DNA of 64,000 bases from Candidatus Melainabacteria bacterium 17Bon1m (GTDB lineage: Bacteria; Cyanobacteriota; Vampirovibrionia; Obscuribacterales; Obscuribacteraceae), in assembly GCA_032128875.1 (NCBI GenBank), contig JAVLKG010000014.1, forward strand, positions 1 through 64,000, written 5' to 3'. Position 1 is the first letter of the stretch; each line of letters opens with the position of its first letter. The notes below the pieces were generated by a model. That model made no database searches. It had not been told where the DNA came from and saw only the letters and a list, made by a program, of their open reading frames with translations. Positions 19,391 to 28,947 of the stretch are shown one piece after another. Position numbers and translations under genes: made by a program.

Positions 19391-21088
19391 ATGTCTGTTT
19401 CTGCTACGAAGAAGAAACCTGAGAACGCCGACGGCAGCAAAGGCCGGAGCGCCGGCTTCCAGCCGGCATCAGAATCTCGGAGCGCCGGCTTCCAGCCGGC
19501 ATCAGAATCTGGGAACGCCGGCGGCTCGCCGGCTTCGGGCGGCATTAATGCCGCCCCTACATCTGAGAATGTTGAATGCGCCAAAGAAGTTGAATGCGCC
19601 AAACAAGTTGAATCCGCCAAGCAAGTTGAAACCACCAAACAAGTTGAATCCACTGGAAATTCAGGCATGACTACAAAATCTGCGACGAAGAACATAGTTC
19701 AAAAAATCTGGGACGCGCACGTCGTCAAACAGATGGAAGGGCACCCATGCGTTTTCGCCATCGACCTGATGCTCTTGCATGAAGTCACATCGGCGCAAGC
19801 TTTCCAGCTTATCGAATCTCGCAACATTCAAGTATTCGACCCAAGCCGCTTGCTTGCCACGATCGATCACAGCACTCCCACCAGACAAAACCGCTGGGAA
19901 ATCTATGACGAAGCGGCAAGAACGCAAGTGGAGACGTTGAGAAACAACTGCAAAAAGCACAACATTCCTTTCCTCGATTTCGACTCTGGAAAACAAGGCA
20001 TCGTGCACGTCGTTGGTCCCGAACTCGGTGTAACGCAGCCCGGCATGACTATCGTTTGTGGTGATTCCCATACCTCGACCCATGGCGCATTCGGCGCTCT
20101 TGCGTTTGGTGTCGGAACCTCGGAAGTCGCTCACGTAATGGCGACTGGTTGTTTGCTGCAAAAACAACCTCATTCGATGAAAGTCGAATTCAAAGGACGT
20201 TTTCGCAAAGGCGTCTATGCCAAAGATGCAATTCTAAAGCTCATAGGCGAAATCGGAGTGGGCGGAGCCAACGGACATGTCATTGAATATGTCGGAGAAG
20301 CGGTTCGCGCAATGTCGATGGAAGAGCGCATGACTGTCTGCAACATGAGCATCGAGTGCGGCGCGCGCGCAGGCTTGATCGCACCGGATGAAACCACCTT
20401 CAATTACCTCAAAGGTCGCGCTCATGCACCGGGCGCCGAAAAGTGGGACGAAGCCGTGGCGTATTGGAAGAGTTTCGCCAGTGACGAGAACGCTCAGTAC
20501 GACAAAGTCGTCACCATCGACCTTGATAAACTGGAGCCGATCGTCACCTGGGGCACCAATCCGGCTCAGAGTGTTTCACTTGGAGAACGCATTCCCAAGC
20601 TCGAAACCATGGCGGCAAACGAAAAGGCAGTTGCGGTCCGCGCCCTCGAATATACCAAATTGAAAGAGCAGCAGGTCCTCGAAGGAACGCCAGTAGAGTG
20701 GGCTTTCGTCGGTTCGTGCACAAATGGACGCATCGAAGATTTGCGTATTGTTGCCGACATTCTCAAAGGTCGGAAGGTAAATCCGGGCGTCACAATGTAT
20801 GTAGTGCCTGGGTCTGAAGCAGTCATGAAACGCTGCCAGGAAGAAGGTCTTGACGAAATCTTCCGCGCCGCGGGGGCGGACTTCCGTATGCCGGGCTGCT
20901 CGATGTGCCTGGCGATGAACGACGACCAGGTGCCGCCAGGTAAGCGCTGCATCAGCTCGTCAAATCGAAATTTCGTCGGTCGGCAAGGACCGGATAGCAT
21001 TACCCACCTGGCGTCTCCGGCAACAGTAGCCGCCAGCGCCATCGCGGGATGCATCACTTCCCCCGCCGAATTTTTGAAGGAGGCTTAA
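19391..21088 (+). CDS. leuC: 3-isopropylmalate dehydratase large subunit with repeat-derived N-terminal extension
   Basis: HEVTSAQAF, CGDSHT, GSCTNGRIEDL, GCSMC, SNRNFVGRQG. ATG abuts the cimA stop with GGAGGT SD; alternative start 19667. Confidence 0.93.
   Translation: MSVSATKKKPENADGSKGRSAGFQPASESRSAGFQPASESGNAGGSPASGGINAAPTSENVECAKEVECAKQVESAKQVETTKQVESTGNSGMTTKSATKNIVQKIWDAHVVKQMEGHPCVFAIDLMLLHEVTSAQAFQLIESRNIQVFDPSRLLATIDHSTPTRQNRWEIYDEAARTQVETLRNNCKKHNIPFLDFDSGKQGIVHVVGPELGVTQPGMTIVCGDSHTSTHGAFGALAFGVGTSEVAHVMATGCLLQKQPHSMKVEFKGRFRKGVYAKDAILKLIGEIGVGGANGHVIEYVGEAVRAMSMEERMTVCNMSIECGARAGLIAPDETTFNYLKGRAHAPGAEKWDEAVAYWKSFASDENAQYDKVVTIDLDKLEPIVTWGTNPAQSVSLGERIPKLETMAANEKAVAVRALEYTKLKEQQVLEGTPVEWAFVGSCTNGRIEDLRIVADILKGRKVNPGVTMYVVPGSEAVMKRCQEEGLDEIFRAAGADFRMPGCSMCLAMNDDQVPPGKRCISSSNRNFVGRQGPDSITHLASPATVAASAIAGCITSPAEFLKEA
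19445..19560. repeat. Four REP-like palindromes inside the leuC 5' reading frame
   Basis: 33-bp tandem duplicate cggagcgccggcttccagccggcatcagaatct; gggaacgccggcggctcgccggc; 19537-19560 is the exact reverse complement of 15726-15749. Confidence 0.9.
19571..19653 (+). repeat. 18-bp tandem repeat encoding VE(C/S/T)(A/T)K(E/Q), about 4.5 copies
   Basis: gttgaatgcgccaaagaa-like units. Confidence 0.9.
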
Positions 21089-21091
21089 TCC

Positions 21092-21691
21092 ATGGAAAAA
21101 GTCACAACAGTCAAATCAAAAGCCATGCCGGTTCCGATGAAGGATGTGGACACCGACCTCATCATTCCCGCGCAGTTTCTCACCAGCATCAGCAAGGACG
21201 GATATGGTCAAAACCTCTTCCGCCGCCTGCGCGACAACGACCCAAATTTCCCGATGAATCGCAAAGAATTCGACGGCGCGACCATTCTCGTCACCGACAG
21301 TAATTTCGGTTGCGGCTCCTCTCGCGAGCATGCAGTTTGGGCGTTAACCGGCGCCGGTTTCAGGGTGGTAATTGCGAAATCTTTTTCCGACATCTTCTAC
21401 AACAATAGCGCCAAAAACGCACTGTTGCTGGTAGTCTTGGAGGATAAGGTAGTAGATCAAATTTTGCAGTCCTCGACCAATGCGGACTACGAAGTGACCG
21501 TCGATTTAGAGTCGCAAACAGTCACTCTGCCCGACGGAAGCAGCCACGAATTTCAGTACGACCAATTCCGCAAGCACTGCATGCTCAATGGTCTCGACGA
21601 CATCGAATACATCAGATCGCACGCCGCAGATATTCAAGATTTTCGTAAACGACAAGAACAACAACGATTCATGTCAACACGCGGAGCCTAG
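21092..21691 (+). CDS. leuD: 3-isopropylmalate dehydratase small subunit
   Basis: DVDTDLIIPAQFL, NFGCGSSREHAVWAL. Confidence 0.97.
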   Translation: MEKVTTVKSKAMPVPMKDVDTDLIIPAQFLTSISKDGYGQNLFRRLRDNDPNFPMNRKEFDGATILVTDSNFGCGSSREHAVWALTGAGFRVVIAKSFSDIFYNNSAKNALLLVVLEDKVVDQILQSSTNADYEVTVDLESQTVTLPDGSSHEFQYDQFRKHCMLNGLDDIEYIRSHAADIQDFRKRQEQQRFMSTRGA

Positions 21692-21721
21692 GACGCAAGA
21701 CCAGGCGAAAGGGAGCTCAAA

Positions 21722-22846
21722 ATGGATAAGCACATAGCAGTTTTAGCCGGAGACGGAATCGGACCAGAGGTCATGGAGCAAGCGCTGCGCGTGCTGACCA
21801 CTGTCGGTGACAAATTCGGTCATCGCTTCTCCACGACGCACGCTCTGGCAGGCGGCGCCGCATACGACAAGTATGAGACGCACCTGCCCGAAGAGACCAA
21901 ATCCGTTTGTCGTTCATCGGATGCAATCTTGTTTGGTTCGGTCGGCGGACCAGTCAGCGAGATGAACAATCCGAAGTGGAAGAATTGCGAAGCCAATTCA
22001 ATTTTGTCGCTGCGCAAAACCTTTAAGTTCAACGCCAATTACAGACCGGTTAAGGTCATACCGGAATTGGAATATCTTTGCCCTCTCAAGAAGGAAGTGA
22101 TCGACCGAGGTGTCGACATCCTTTTCTTGCGCGAACTTTTGGGCGATTGCTATTTCGGCGAGCACAAGACCTTTAACGCGGAAAACGGCGTAAGAACCGC
22201 GACTGATCTCATTTCGTATGATGAAGAGCAAATTGCATCGATTGCCGAAACCGCCTTCAAAGCTGCTCAAAAGCGACGGAAAAAACTCACGTCTGTGGAC
22301 AAAGCCAACGTTCTCGACGCGTCCAAACTATGGCGCGCAGTCGTGAAAGAAGTTTCGCTCGGCTATCCTGATGTGCAACTCGAAGACATGCTCGTCGATA
22401 ATTGCGCAATGCAGATTGTTCGTGACCCATCGCAGTTCGATGTGGTCGTTACGGGCAATATGTTCGGCGACATTCTCACCGATGCCGCGGCAGTTCTGCC
22501 GGGTTCTCTCGGTCTGCTCGCATCCGCCAGCATGAACAAAGAGGGCTTCGGACTTTACGAGCCACCGGGCGGTTCAGCCCAAGATATAGCAGGCGCTGGT
22601 ATAGCTAATCCAGTGGCGCAAATACTTTGCGTTGCTTTGATGCTGCGCCATTCATTCCAATTGGAAGAAGAAGCACGTGCCATCGAAACCTCCGTTGAGA
22701 CAACACTCAAGGAAGGATACAGAACACGCGACATCGTCCGCGCCGGCGAACCTGATCAAAAGGTCGTCGACACCAGAGGTATGACCGAAAGAATTCTGGA
22801 ACATCTCCTGGCTATTACTGTGCCTTCAGCTGCAAGCTGCGGTTGA
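21722..22846 (+). CDS. leuB: 3-isopropylmalate dehydrogenase
   Basis: GDGIGPEV, SVDKANVL, NMFGDILTD, GSAQDIAG. Confidence 0.97.
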   Translation: MDKHIAVLAGDGIGPEVMEQALRVLTTVGDKFGHRFSTTHALAGGAAYDKYETHLPEETKSVCRSSDAILFGSVGGPVSEMNNPKWKNCEANSILSLRKTFKFNANYRPVKVIPELEYLCPLKKEVIDRGVDILFLRELLGDCYFGEHKTFNAENGVRTATDLISYDEEQIASIAETAFKAAQKRRKKLTSVDKANVLDASKLWRAVVKEVSLGYPDVQLEDMLVDNCAMQIVRDPSQFDVVVTGNMFGDILTDAAAVLPGSLGLLASASMNKEGFGLYEPPGGSAQDIAGAGIANPVAQILCVALMLRHSFQLEEEARAIETSVETTLKEGYRTRDIVRAGEPDQKVVDTRGMTERILEHLLAITVPSAASCG

Positions 22847-22927
22847 GGGCGTAAAACAGCGGTTCGAAACCGAGCGAACCGCAGATAGCACGAGAGTTTC
22901 ACCAATTTCTTTAGCGAGGACAGAATA

Positions 22928-23362
22928 ATGTACGGAGACTATAAAGAAGCCTGGTCCATGGTTGACGAACGCATGAATTCCGCTGTTCATGAGAATTATC
23001 CTGAGTGGAAGAAGTCGCGCGATCGACGTCACAAACAAGGTGCATCGAATGTCACCTACGTGAATCAAAACGGCGACAGATTTACGCGTGATGCAGACGG
23101 ACGCGTTGGAACATTCCGATATCGTCACTGCGACACCACCTATTCCATGACATACGACGACGACAACAATGTCGTATCGGTCAGCAGCTCGACAGGCTGG
23201 ACATGGACTAAGATGGATAACGCAGAAGGATGGTTGGTTCGCAACTACTTTGATGCCTGGCATGTAAAAGCTGCAGAAGCCGGTGACGTTGTCGCCGATG
23301 AGATGGGACTCCGTTGCACCACGGGTGATGCCATGGCGCTTGGGCTTCCTGTTCGTCCATAA
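22928..23362 (+). CDS. Small hypothetical protein with YD-repeat-like beta hairpins
   Basis: GAGGA SD; RDADGRV..YSMTYDDDNNVVSV..GWTW. Confidence 0.7.
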   Translation: MYGDYKEAWSMVDERMNSAVHENYPEWKKSRDRRHKQGASNVTYVNQNGDRFTRDADGRVGTFRYRHCDTTYSMTYDDDNNVVSVSSSTGWTWTKMDNAEGWLVRNYFDAWHVKAAEAGDVVADEMGLRCTTGDAMALGLPVRP

Positions 23363-23885
23363 AGACAGCCGAGAAAGTAGTCGGCAGAAGATCCGAAAAA
23401 TCAACATAGAAATGTACGGGTGGTGCATATGCATCGCCCGTTTTTTCTTGTTTACGATCATTTCAAAACGCGCTTCACGCCCAGACAAGCCGTTGTCTGG
23501 CTTGTTTTCAAGTGATCTGTGTTTCATATTTGGTTAACAATTCGGCGACATTTTCTCAGCGGCGTGTATACTGATTTTTGTAATTCCCCCGAGAACGGAA
23601 CGCAATGAGCAACAGCTCCACACCGCGTAACCAATTCGCATCCCGCCCATCAATGGCAGGCGTGATGTGTCCGTTCATCTGTGCTTGCTGTATGTGTCCC
23701 CCGCTGGGGACATAACACTTAGGTTGCAGTACAACCATCTTTAAATTGAATAGTTTTGCTTGCTTGGCTGTCTTGGCACAAGAACGTTCTGACATTTCGT
23801 GCGGAAATTGACGAACGATTGAATCAAGGAAAAGCGGTGTAAATGCCGCTTGCCGTCGGTTAACTAGAGGTGCCCGGCATAAAAT

Positions 23886-23911
23886 GCCGGCGAGCCGCCG
23901 GCGCTCCCAGG
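23886..23911 (-). repeat. REP-like palindrome
   Basis: gccggcgagccgccggcgctcccagg, identical to the copies at 15768 and 15811. Confidence 0.85.
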
Positions 23912-24113
23912 AAAGCAATCAATGAAAATAGTGCACCAAATATGGTGTCTGGTTTGTCGCGCAATAAGAACTTTGTTCTTGTGCGTCTGATTTGACACGC
24001 TTGCACAAGTAGTCCGAAAGCCTCTGGATAAGAGGCGATACACCCGGAAAAGCCCCGTCCCTGAACAAGACGAACAATTACACAACGTTTTTCAATGAAT
24101 AGGAGTTAGAAAA

Positions 24114-25022
24114 ATGGCAAATCTGTTTATCACCAACGCAACCGGTTATATTGGATCCGCAGTAGCAGAGCAGTTCAAAGCCAAAGGCTACAACGTTACT
24201 GCTCTGGCACGCACAGACAAAGCTGTCGAAGAATTGACCAAGCGTGGATATAAGGCATATCGCGGCGACTTGCGCAAACCTCAAGAATTCGAACAAGCTG
24301 TTCGCGAAGCCGATGTTGTAATTCACACCGCAGCTACCAATGATCAAGAGTTCGGCAAAGTAGATCAAGCCGCTACTGAAGCCATTCTCAATGCGCTGAA
24401 AGACACCAACAAAACCTTCATCTACACCAGCGGCACCTGGGTACTCGGCAACACCGGCAGCATCCTTGCTGACGAAACAACACCAGTCAACCCAATCCCT
24501 GTTGTTGCATGGCGTCCAGCCGTTGAGCAAAAAGTTTTGGAAGCGAAGAACTATGGCGTTCGCGCTATCGTCATTCGTCCGACAGTTGTCTATGGTCGTG
24601 AAGGTGGCTTGATTGCTAGCTTCTATGCTACCGCTCAAAAGGACGGATATGCTCGCTACATCGGCACCGGCGAAAACCATGTTTCGCTAGTCCACATCGA
24701 TGACCTTGCTCAACTGTATGTTCTCGCGGCTGAAAATGCTCCTGCTGGAGCGCTCTTGCACGCAAGCAATGAGGCACCACATACGCTCAAGAAAATCGCT
24801 GAGCTTGTTGCTGAAGCCGGTGGTTTGCAAGGCAAAATTAAAGAGTGGCCGATCGAAGAAGCAAGAAAGATCTACGGACCAGCAGTTGATGGTTTCGTTC
24901 TTGATCAAAGAATCGAGTCGAAAAAGACTCGTGAATTGTTGGGCTGGCAATTGAAAGCGAATTCTCTCGCTAACGAACTGCCTGTCTACGAGCGCGCCTA
25001 CGCAGGTTCCGCCAAGAAATAG
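24114..25022 (+). CDS. NAD-dependent epimerase/dehydratase family (atypical SDR)
   Basis: ITNATGYIG, VIHTAA, YTSG, IRPTVVYG, VHIDDLA; AGGAG SD. Confidence 0.9.
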   Translation: MANLFITNATGYIGSAVAEQFKAKGYNVTALARTDKAVEELTKRGYKAYRGDLRKPQEFEQAVREADVVIHTAATNDQEFGKVDQAATEAILNALKDTNKTFIYTSGTWVLGNTGSILADETTPVNPIPVVAWRPAVEQKVLEAKNYGVRAIVIRPTVVYGREGGLIASFYATAQKDGYARYIGTGENHVSLVHIDDLAQLYVLAAENAPAGALLHASNEAPHTLKKIAELVAEAGGLQGKIKEWPIEEARKIYGPAVDGFVLDQRIESKKTRELLGWQLKANSLANELPVYERAYAGSAKK

Positions 25023-25057
25023 TTTTTCTCCCATGTGATTTGACAGCAACTAGCGTA

Positions 25058-25092
25058 AAGGCTCCGGCTCACCCCGGGGCTTTTGCGTTTTT
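25058..25092 (+). terminator. Intrinsic terminator between convergent genes
   Basis: aaggctccgg-ctcacc-ccggggcttt followed by T-rich run. Confidence 0.7.
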
Positions 25093-25122
25093 AAATAGGG
25101 TAAGCAAATTGATGCGAGCGAA

Positions 25123-26634
25123 CTATTTCTTCTTGTTCTCCGGCCAATCTCCCATTGCCGTCCACATCTGTCTGACCGTAAGCGCCGCGCCCTGCGGAAT
25201 TCGACCGTCGCCTCCTGGTGTTGGGTCGATGTTGGGATTCAATCGGTCAACGGTGCGACTCCATGTGTTGTCCACGAGAATGCGCGCCGGCTTTCCGTCT
25301 TTTGCCGGAATATAATCCCTGATCAAAACTTGGTGCGGACCTTCTTCGTCTGTTACCGCATTTGCTGCAGTCGAAGCAATAGCACCATCGCCTTTAAAGG
25401 GTTCGTAGTTGGTGTTGACGCCGGCCATGATCGGCAGCTTGCCTTGCTTTTTCAGCTGCGCCACCATTTGCTCGAACTGTTGTTCGTTGCGCGGTTGCAA
25501 GACCGATGGAGCTGGCCCGTCAAGCGCTTCTTTTCGTTGAATCGCCACATGCGTTTCCGGTTTGCCGGTGATCCTGCTGACTATCTTTGCGTATCCGTCA
25601 TCAGGTACTGATGGGAAATGTTCATCACCACCGTCGACAGGTTTTCCTGTTTTCTTGTCTACAAGCCGTTCTCCATTATCGCTCGGATTTCTCTGTGGAC
25701 CTTTCGGCTGGTCTAAATAGCCGCCATCTTGACGTGGTTCAATTTGCGTGTACTGTTTGCCCTTGTCTGTCCAGTAGAGATTTGCCGCCGTCACTTGGAA
25801 TATTTCGCTTGCATGTGTGCGGATTTTGTCGTTTTCCGGAGCAAGTGATTGTCCATGTGGTTTTCTGTCAACGTCCACGCGAGTGCCGTCTAGGGGGGAG
25901 CGGAAAAAGCCTCTCTCCGCCACATCCGCAACCAATTTGGCTGCGGCACCAGGTGTGCGTGCGTAGGTTCTAACTTCGGTGGAAGCTACAGAACAAGTGT
26001 TGTAATTGCCCTGGAAAATCTCGGAAGGGTTGCCTGCCTGCTTCATTATTTGACCAGCGAGGCGGTTCATCTCCGGCTTGCCTAGCTGATTATTGCCTTC
26101 GTTGCGCAGCAATCGCGCGACGTTATCGTAAGTAGCTTTGACTTCGGCCGCGTTCGTTTCGCCCGATTGCGCGCGTTGCTCAAGTTTTCTCATGTTGTCG
26201 CTAAAAGCATTCACGTCCAACCCGCGACCAGCTGCCAGTTCCATCACTTCTTTGCGAGACTTCAGCAAGGCGGCATTGTCATTGCCCAGAGCGAAGTCCT
26301 TTGTCGGATCGATGCGATCCTTTTCTTGATTTCGTTGACTCGCCGCGCGCGCGTCCGTCACGTTTGCAAACTGCCGCATAATGTCACTTCCAGGCGCGCC
26401 GGGGAGCAGTCTGTTTATTGTCTCCAGATTTGGATTCCTGTTCGGGCTGGCATCGAAAACCGAACTGTAGATGTTGGCCGTTGCAAAGTCCGGCATCTGC
26501 GTCAGCTTCGCGTCATTGGAAGTCGGCGTTTCAATTTTTGGCGCCTGCTGCAGTATGTCCGCGCCATTCAGGTTGTCCGTGGCGGGTTTGACTGGCGGTT
26601 TTGCGATTGTCGCTTCAGCGTTTTCAGCTGTCAT
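25123..26634 (-). CDS. Hypothetical protein with putative papain-fold Cys-His-Asn triad
   Basis: QGNYNTCSVAS, GPHQVLIRDY and ILVDNTWS in papain order. Confidence 0.7.
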   Translation of the reverse strand: MTAENAEATIAKPPVKPATDNLNGADILQQAPKIETPTSNDAKLTQMPDFATANIYSSVFDASPNRNPNLETINRLLPGAPGSDIMRQFANVTDARAASQRNQEKDRIDPTKDFALGNDNAALLKSRKEVMELAAGRGLDVNAFSDNMRKLEQRAQSGETNAAEVKATYDNVARLLRNEGNNQLGKPEMNRLAGQIMKQAGNPSEIFQGNYNTCSVASTEVRTYARTPGAAAKLVADVAERGFFRSPLDGTRVDVDRKPHGQSLAPENDKIRTHASEIFQVTAANLYWTDKGKQYTQIEPRQDGGYLDQPKGPQRNPSDNGERLVDKKTGKPVDGGDEHFPSVPDDGYAKIVSRITGKPETHVAIQRKEALDGPAPSVLQPRNEQQFEQMVAQLKKQGKLPIMAGVNTNYEPFKGDGAIASTAANAVTDEEGPHQVLIRDYIPAKDGKPARILVDNTWSRTVDRLNPNIDPTPGGDGRIPQGAALTVRQMWTAMGDWPENKKK

Positions 26635-26806
26635 AGTAAAGGACTTCCTCAAAGACCTCTTTTGGCGCCTGGCGTGACAGGACGTGCCAAATCGGTCGAA
26701 AAGTCGAAAGTATGTGCTTGGGGAAGATGAGGTTTGGTCAAGTACAGGTTATCAATATGCATGTGAAGGGATCGTGAACAAAAACTTTCACGGTGTTCCA
26801 TGCGTT

Positions 26807-26932
26807 CGATGCGTTCCAGCTTCCGATGTGTTCCAGCTTCCGATGTGTTCCAGCTTCCGATGTGTTCCAGCTTCCGATGTGTTCTAGCTGCCGATGTGTG
26901 CCAGTCCGATGTGTTCAAGTCCAATGTGTTCC
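26807..26932. repeat. 17-bp tandem repeat (VNTR) in a divergent intergenic region
   Basis: cgatgtgttccagcttc: three exact copies, two near-exact, then decayed 15-bp copies. Confidence 0.95.
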
Positions 26933-27053
26933 GCGATTCCGCCCATCCCTGGCGGCGGTTTTGCTATTGAATGCCGCGGCGCCGGTCAGGCATTAAAGCC
27001 TGCGAAATTTGGGTTAATATACTTTGGACGCCCCGAGGTCACGTTTTTAATCT

Positions 27054-27737
27054 ATGTCGAAGATTCTGCTGGTTGAAGATGACCTAGAGATAGCCGGCTG
27101 GCTGTCAGATTGGTTTAAGCAGGAAAATTTCGTTTTTGAAACAACTGACAATGGCGAAGATGCCCTTCAGCTCTTGGAACAGTTTGAGTTTGACGTGATA
27201 ATTCTGGATTGGGGGCTTCCGGACATAACCGGGATAGAAGTCTGCAAACGCTATCGCAGCAAGGGCGGAGATACGCCTGTTCTTTTCCTTACAGGAAAGG
27301 GCGAAATCGACGATAAAGAGGTCGGGCTCGATTCCGGTGCTGACGATTATTTGACGAAACCTTTTGACGTGCGTGAATTAGCCGCACGTGTGAGAAGTTT
27401 GCTGAGAAGGCCAAAACAGATCCTGCCTGTCGAATTGACAGTCAGGGGCGTGGCTCTTGACCTGAAGACGCGCGTCGTGCGTGAAGGTAGTAATCACCTT
27501 CGCTTGATGCCGAAGGAATGCGCGCTGCTCGAATTTTTGATGCGTCATCCCAATACTATTTATTCTTCGAAAGCACTTTTGGATTCCGTCTGGCGCTCAG
27601 ATAGTGATTCGTCGGAAGATACGGTGCGCACTTGCATGCGTACTCTCAGATTGAAACTGCAAAAACTTGGTCGCGACGACCTGATCAAAACCATTCTTGG
27701 ATCCGGCTACATCATAGAAGTCGAACCCAAAGCGTGA
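27054..27737 (+). CDS. OmpR-family response regulator without adjacent kinase
   Basis: LLVEDD, LDWGLP, GADDYLTKPF, winged-helix C-terminus. Confidence 0.95.
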   Translation: MSKILLVEDDLEIAGWLSDWFKQENFVFETTDNGEDALQLLEQFEFDVIILDWGLPDITGIEVCKRYRSKGGDTPVLFLTGKGEIDDKEVGLDSGADDYLTKPFDVRELAARVRSLLRRPKQILPVELTVRGVALDLKTRVVREGSNHLRLMPKECALLEFLMRHPNTIYSSKALLDSVWRSDSDSSEDTVRTCMRTLRLKLQKLGRDDLIKTILGSGYIIEVEPKA

Positions 27738-27894
27738 TGGGGGTGTAGTCGAGTATTGTATGCGCGCGAAGTTTTGGCGCATCGTATTTGCGCCTAAAAA
27801 CCAGCAATGTGAGCCAGTTGCTTAAGGAGTTAAAGCAACAGAGCCCACATTGTGGTCTGGGGTCAAAACTTAGTTGTCGGATTTCAGTGGCGAT

Positions 27895-28338
27895 CTATTT
27901 CATTTGCACTGTGCAAATGACCGATTTCTCCGAGTTCGTCTTATCGAACGAAGCCACCATGCGAACTGGCTTCTTGACCGAACCTGGTGACGGGAACGGA
28001 GCGGAATTTTTGATCGCTTTTATCAGAGCCGTTCTGGTTACGGACGATTGTCCTTCGGCCGGTGCATCTTCGTCATCGAGCAAGCGAAGGTGATTTACAT
28101 TGCCATTGGCATCCATGTCGAAACCGATTTTCGCTTTCACTACATCGAAGCCGCTTGGCACGGAATAGTTTTTCGTGATCTTATTAGAGATCTCTTCCAA
28201 GTATGCCTTGTTGTCAGCCTTTGTGCTCTCTCCGCAGCTGCCTGATGACTTGTTGCATTCGGCATTGGTGGCGAGTGTGGTGCTCATCGCCAATGCACAG
28301 AGCAAACTCGTCGCTACGGGCAGAAGATTTTTCTTCAT
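27895..28338 (-). CDS. Exported TonB/TolA C-terminal-domain-like protein
   Basis: Signal peptide; YLEEISNKITKNY, FDMDANGNV, AIKNSAPFP. Confidence 0.7.
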   Translation of the reverse strand: MKKNLLPVATSLLCALAMSTTLATNAECNKSSGSCGESTKADNKAYLEEISNKITKNYSVPSGFDVVKAKIGFDMDANGNVNHLRLLDDEDAPAEGQSSVTRTALIKAIKNSAPFPSPGSVKKPVRMVASFDKTNSEKSVICTVQMK

Positions 28339-28947
28339 TGCAATTGTCCTTTTTGTCCAGTATTAACTAGGAGCGTTGGCGTCACCGCCACTCTGACAAG
28401 GCGATTTTAGCCCATGAAATAGCGCTTCTAGGCTAGTTTCAATTATTTTGATATCGGGAACATCGCTCTGGAAATTTCGTCGCAGCCGCTTGATATCGCC
28501 TTCGGTTAGTCTTGATTACGTGACTAGCATTGCTGGAATTTCTCGCTTGCATTAGTGTTTTCCACATCGCGATCGTAAAAATTCGCTTGCCAAAACTATT
28601 GACACGCCGATAATAGCCAATACGCTTAAATCGCACAAATCGGACCAAGAGTCGCTTTCCGCGTACTCTCCGCTTGGCGTTCGATAACTATAGTGCAAGA
28701 AACATAACTGTCAAAACTCGGATCCACGCAGTCGATTTCGCAGGATTTTTTCAGCGTAATTGATTTTCCGAAGCTCTACTTGACCGTGCACCGTTGTAAC
28801 GGGCTTTGCTGCGCATTCACTGATTGCGCTTGGACCGCCACATCCAATTTGCCCGCGGACCTTCACATCCAAATTGCTTGATTGCGAATGCACATTTTGT
28901 GTGTTCTGCAATGCAATTCACTCTTTGCTGCCAAGGAGGCCCACGCT

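Noticed and set aside
23556-23918. 120-aa minus-strand ORF
   Set aside because: Begins inside a REP and has no motif support.
24048-25084. 10-bp complementarity between flanks of the epimerase gene (aaaagccccg / cggggctttt)
   Set aside because: Single short block, plausible by chance over many genes; the 3' part already forms the local terminator.
26807-26932. Possible CRISPR or coding repeat
   Set aside because: No spacers; the 17-bp period is not triplet; overlapping short ORFs are repeat artefacts.
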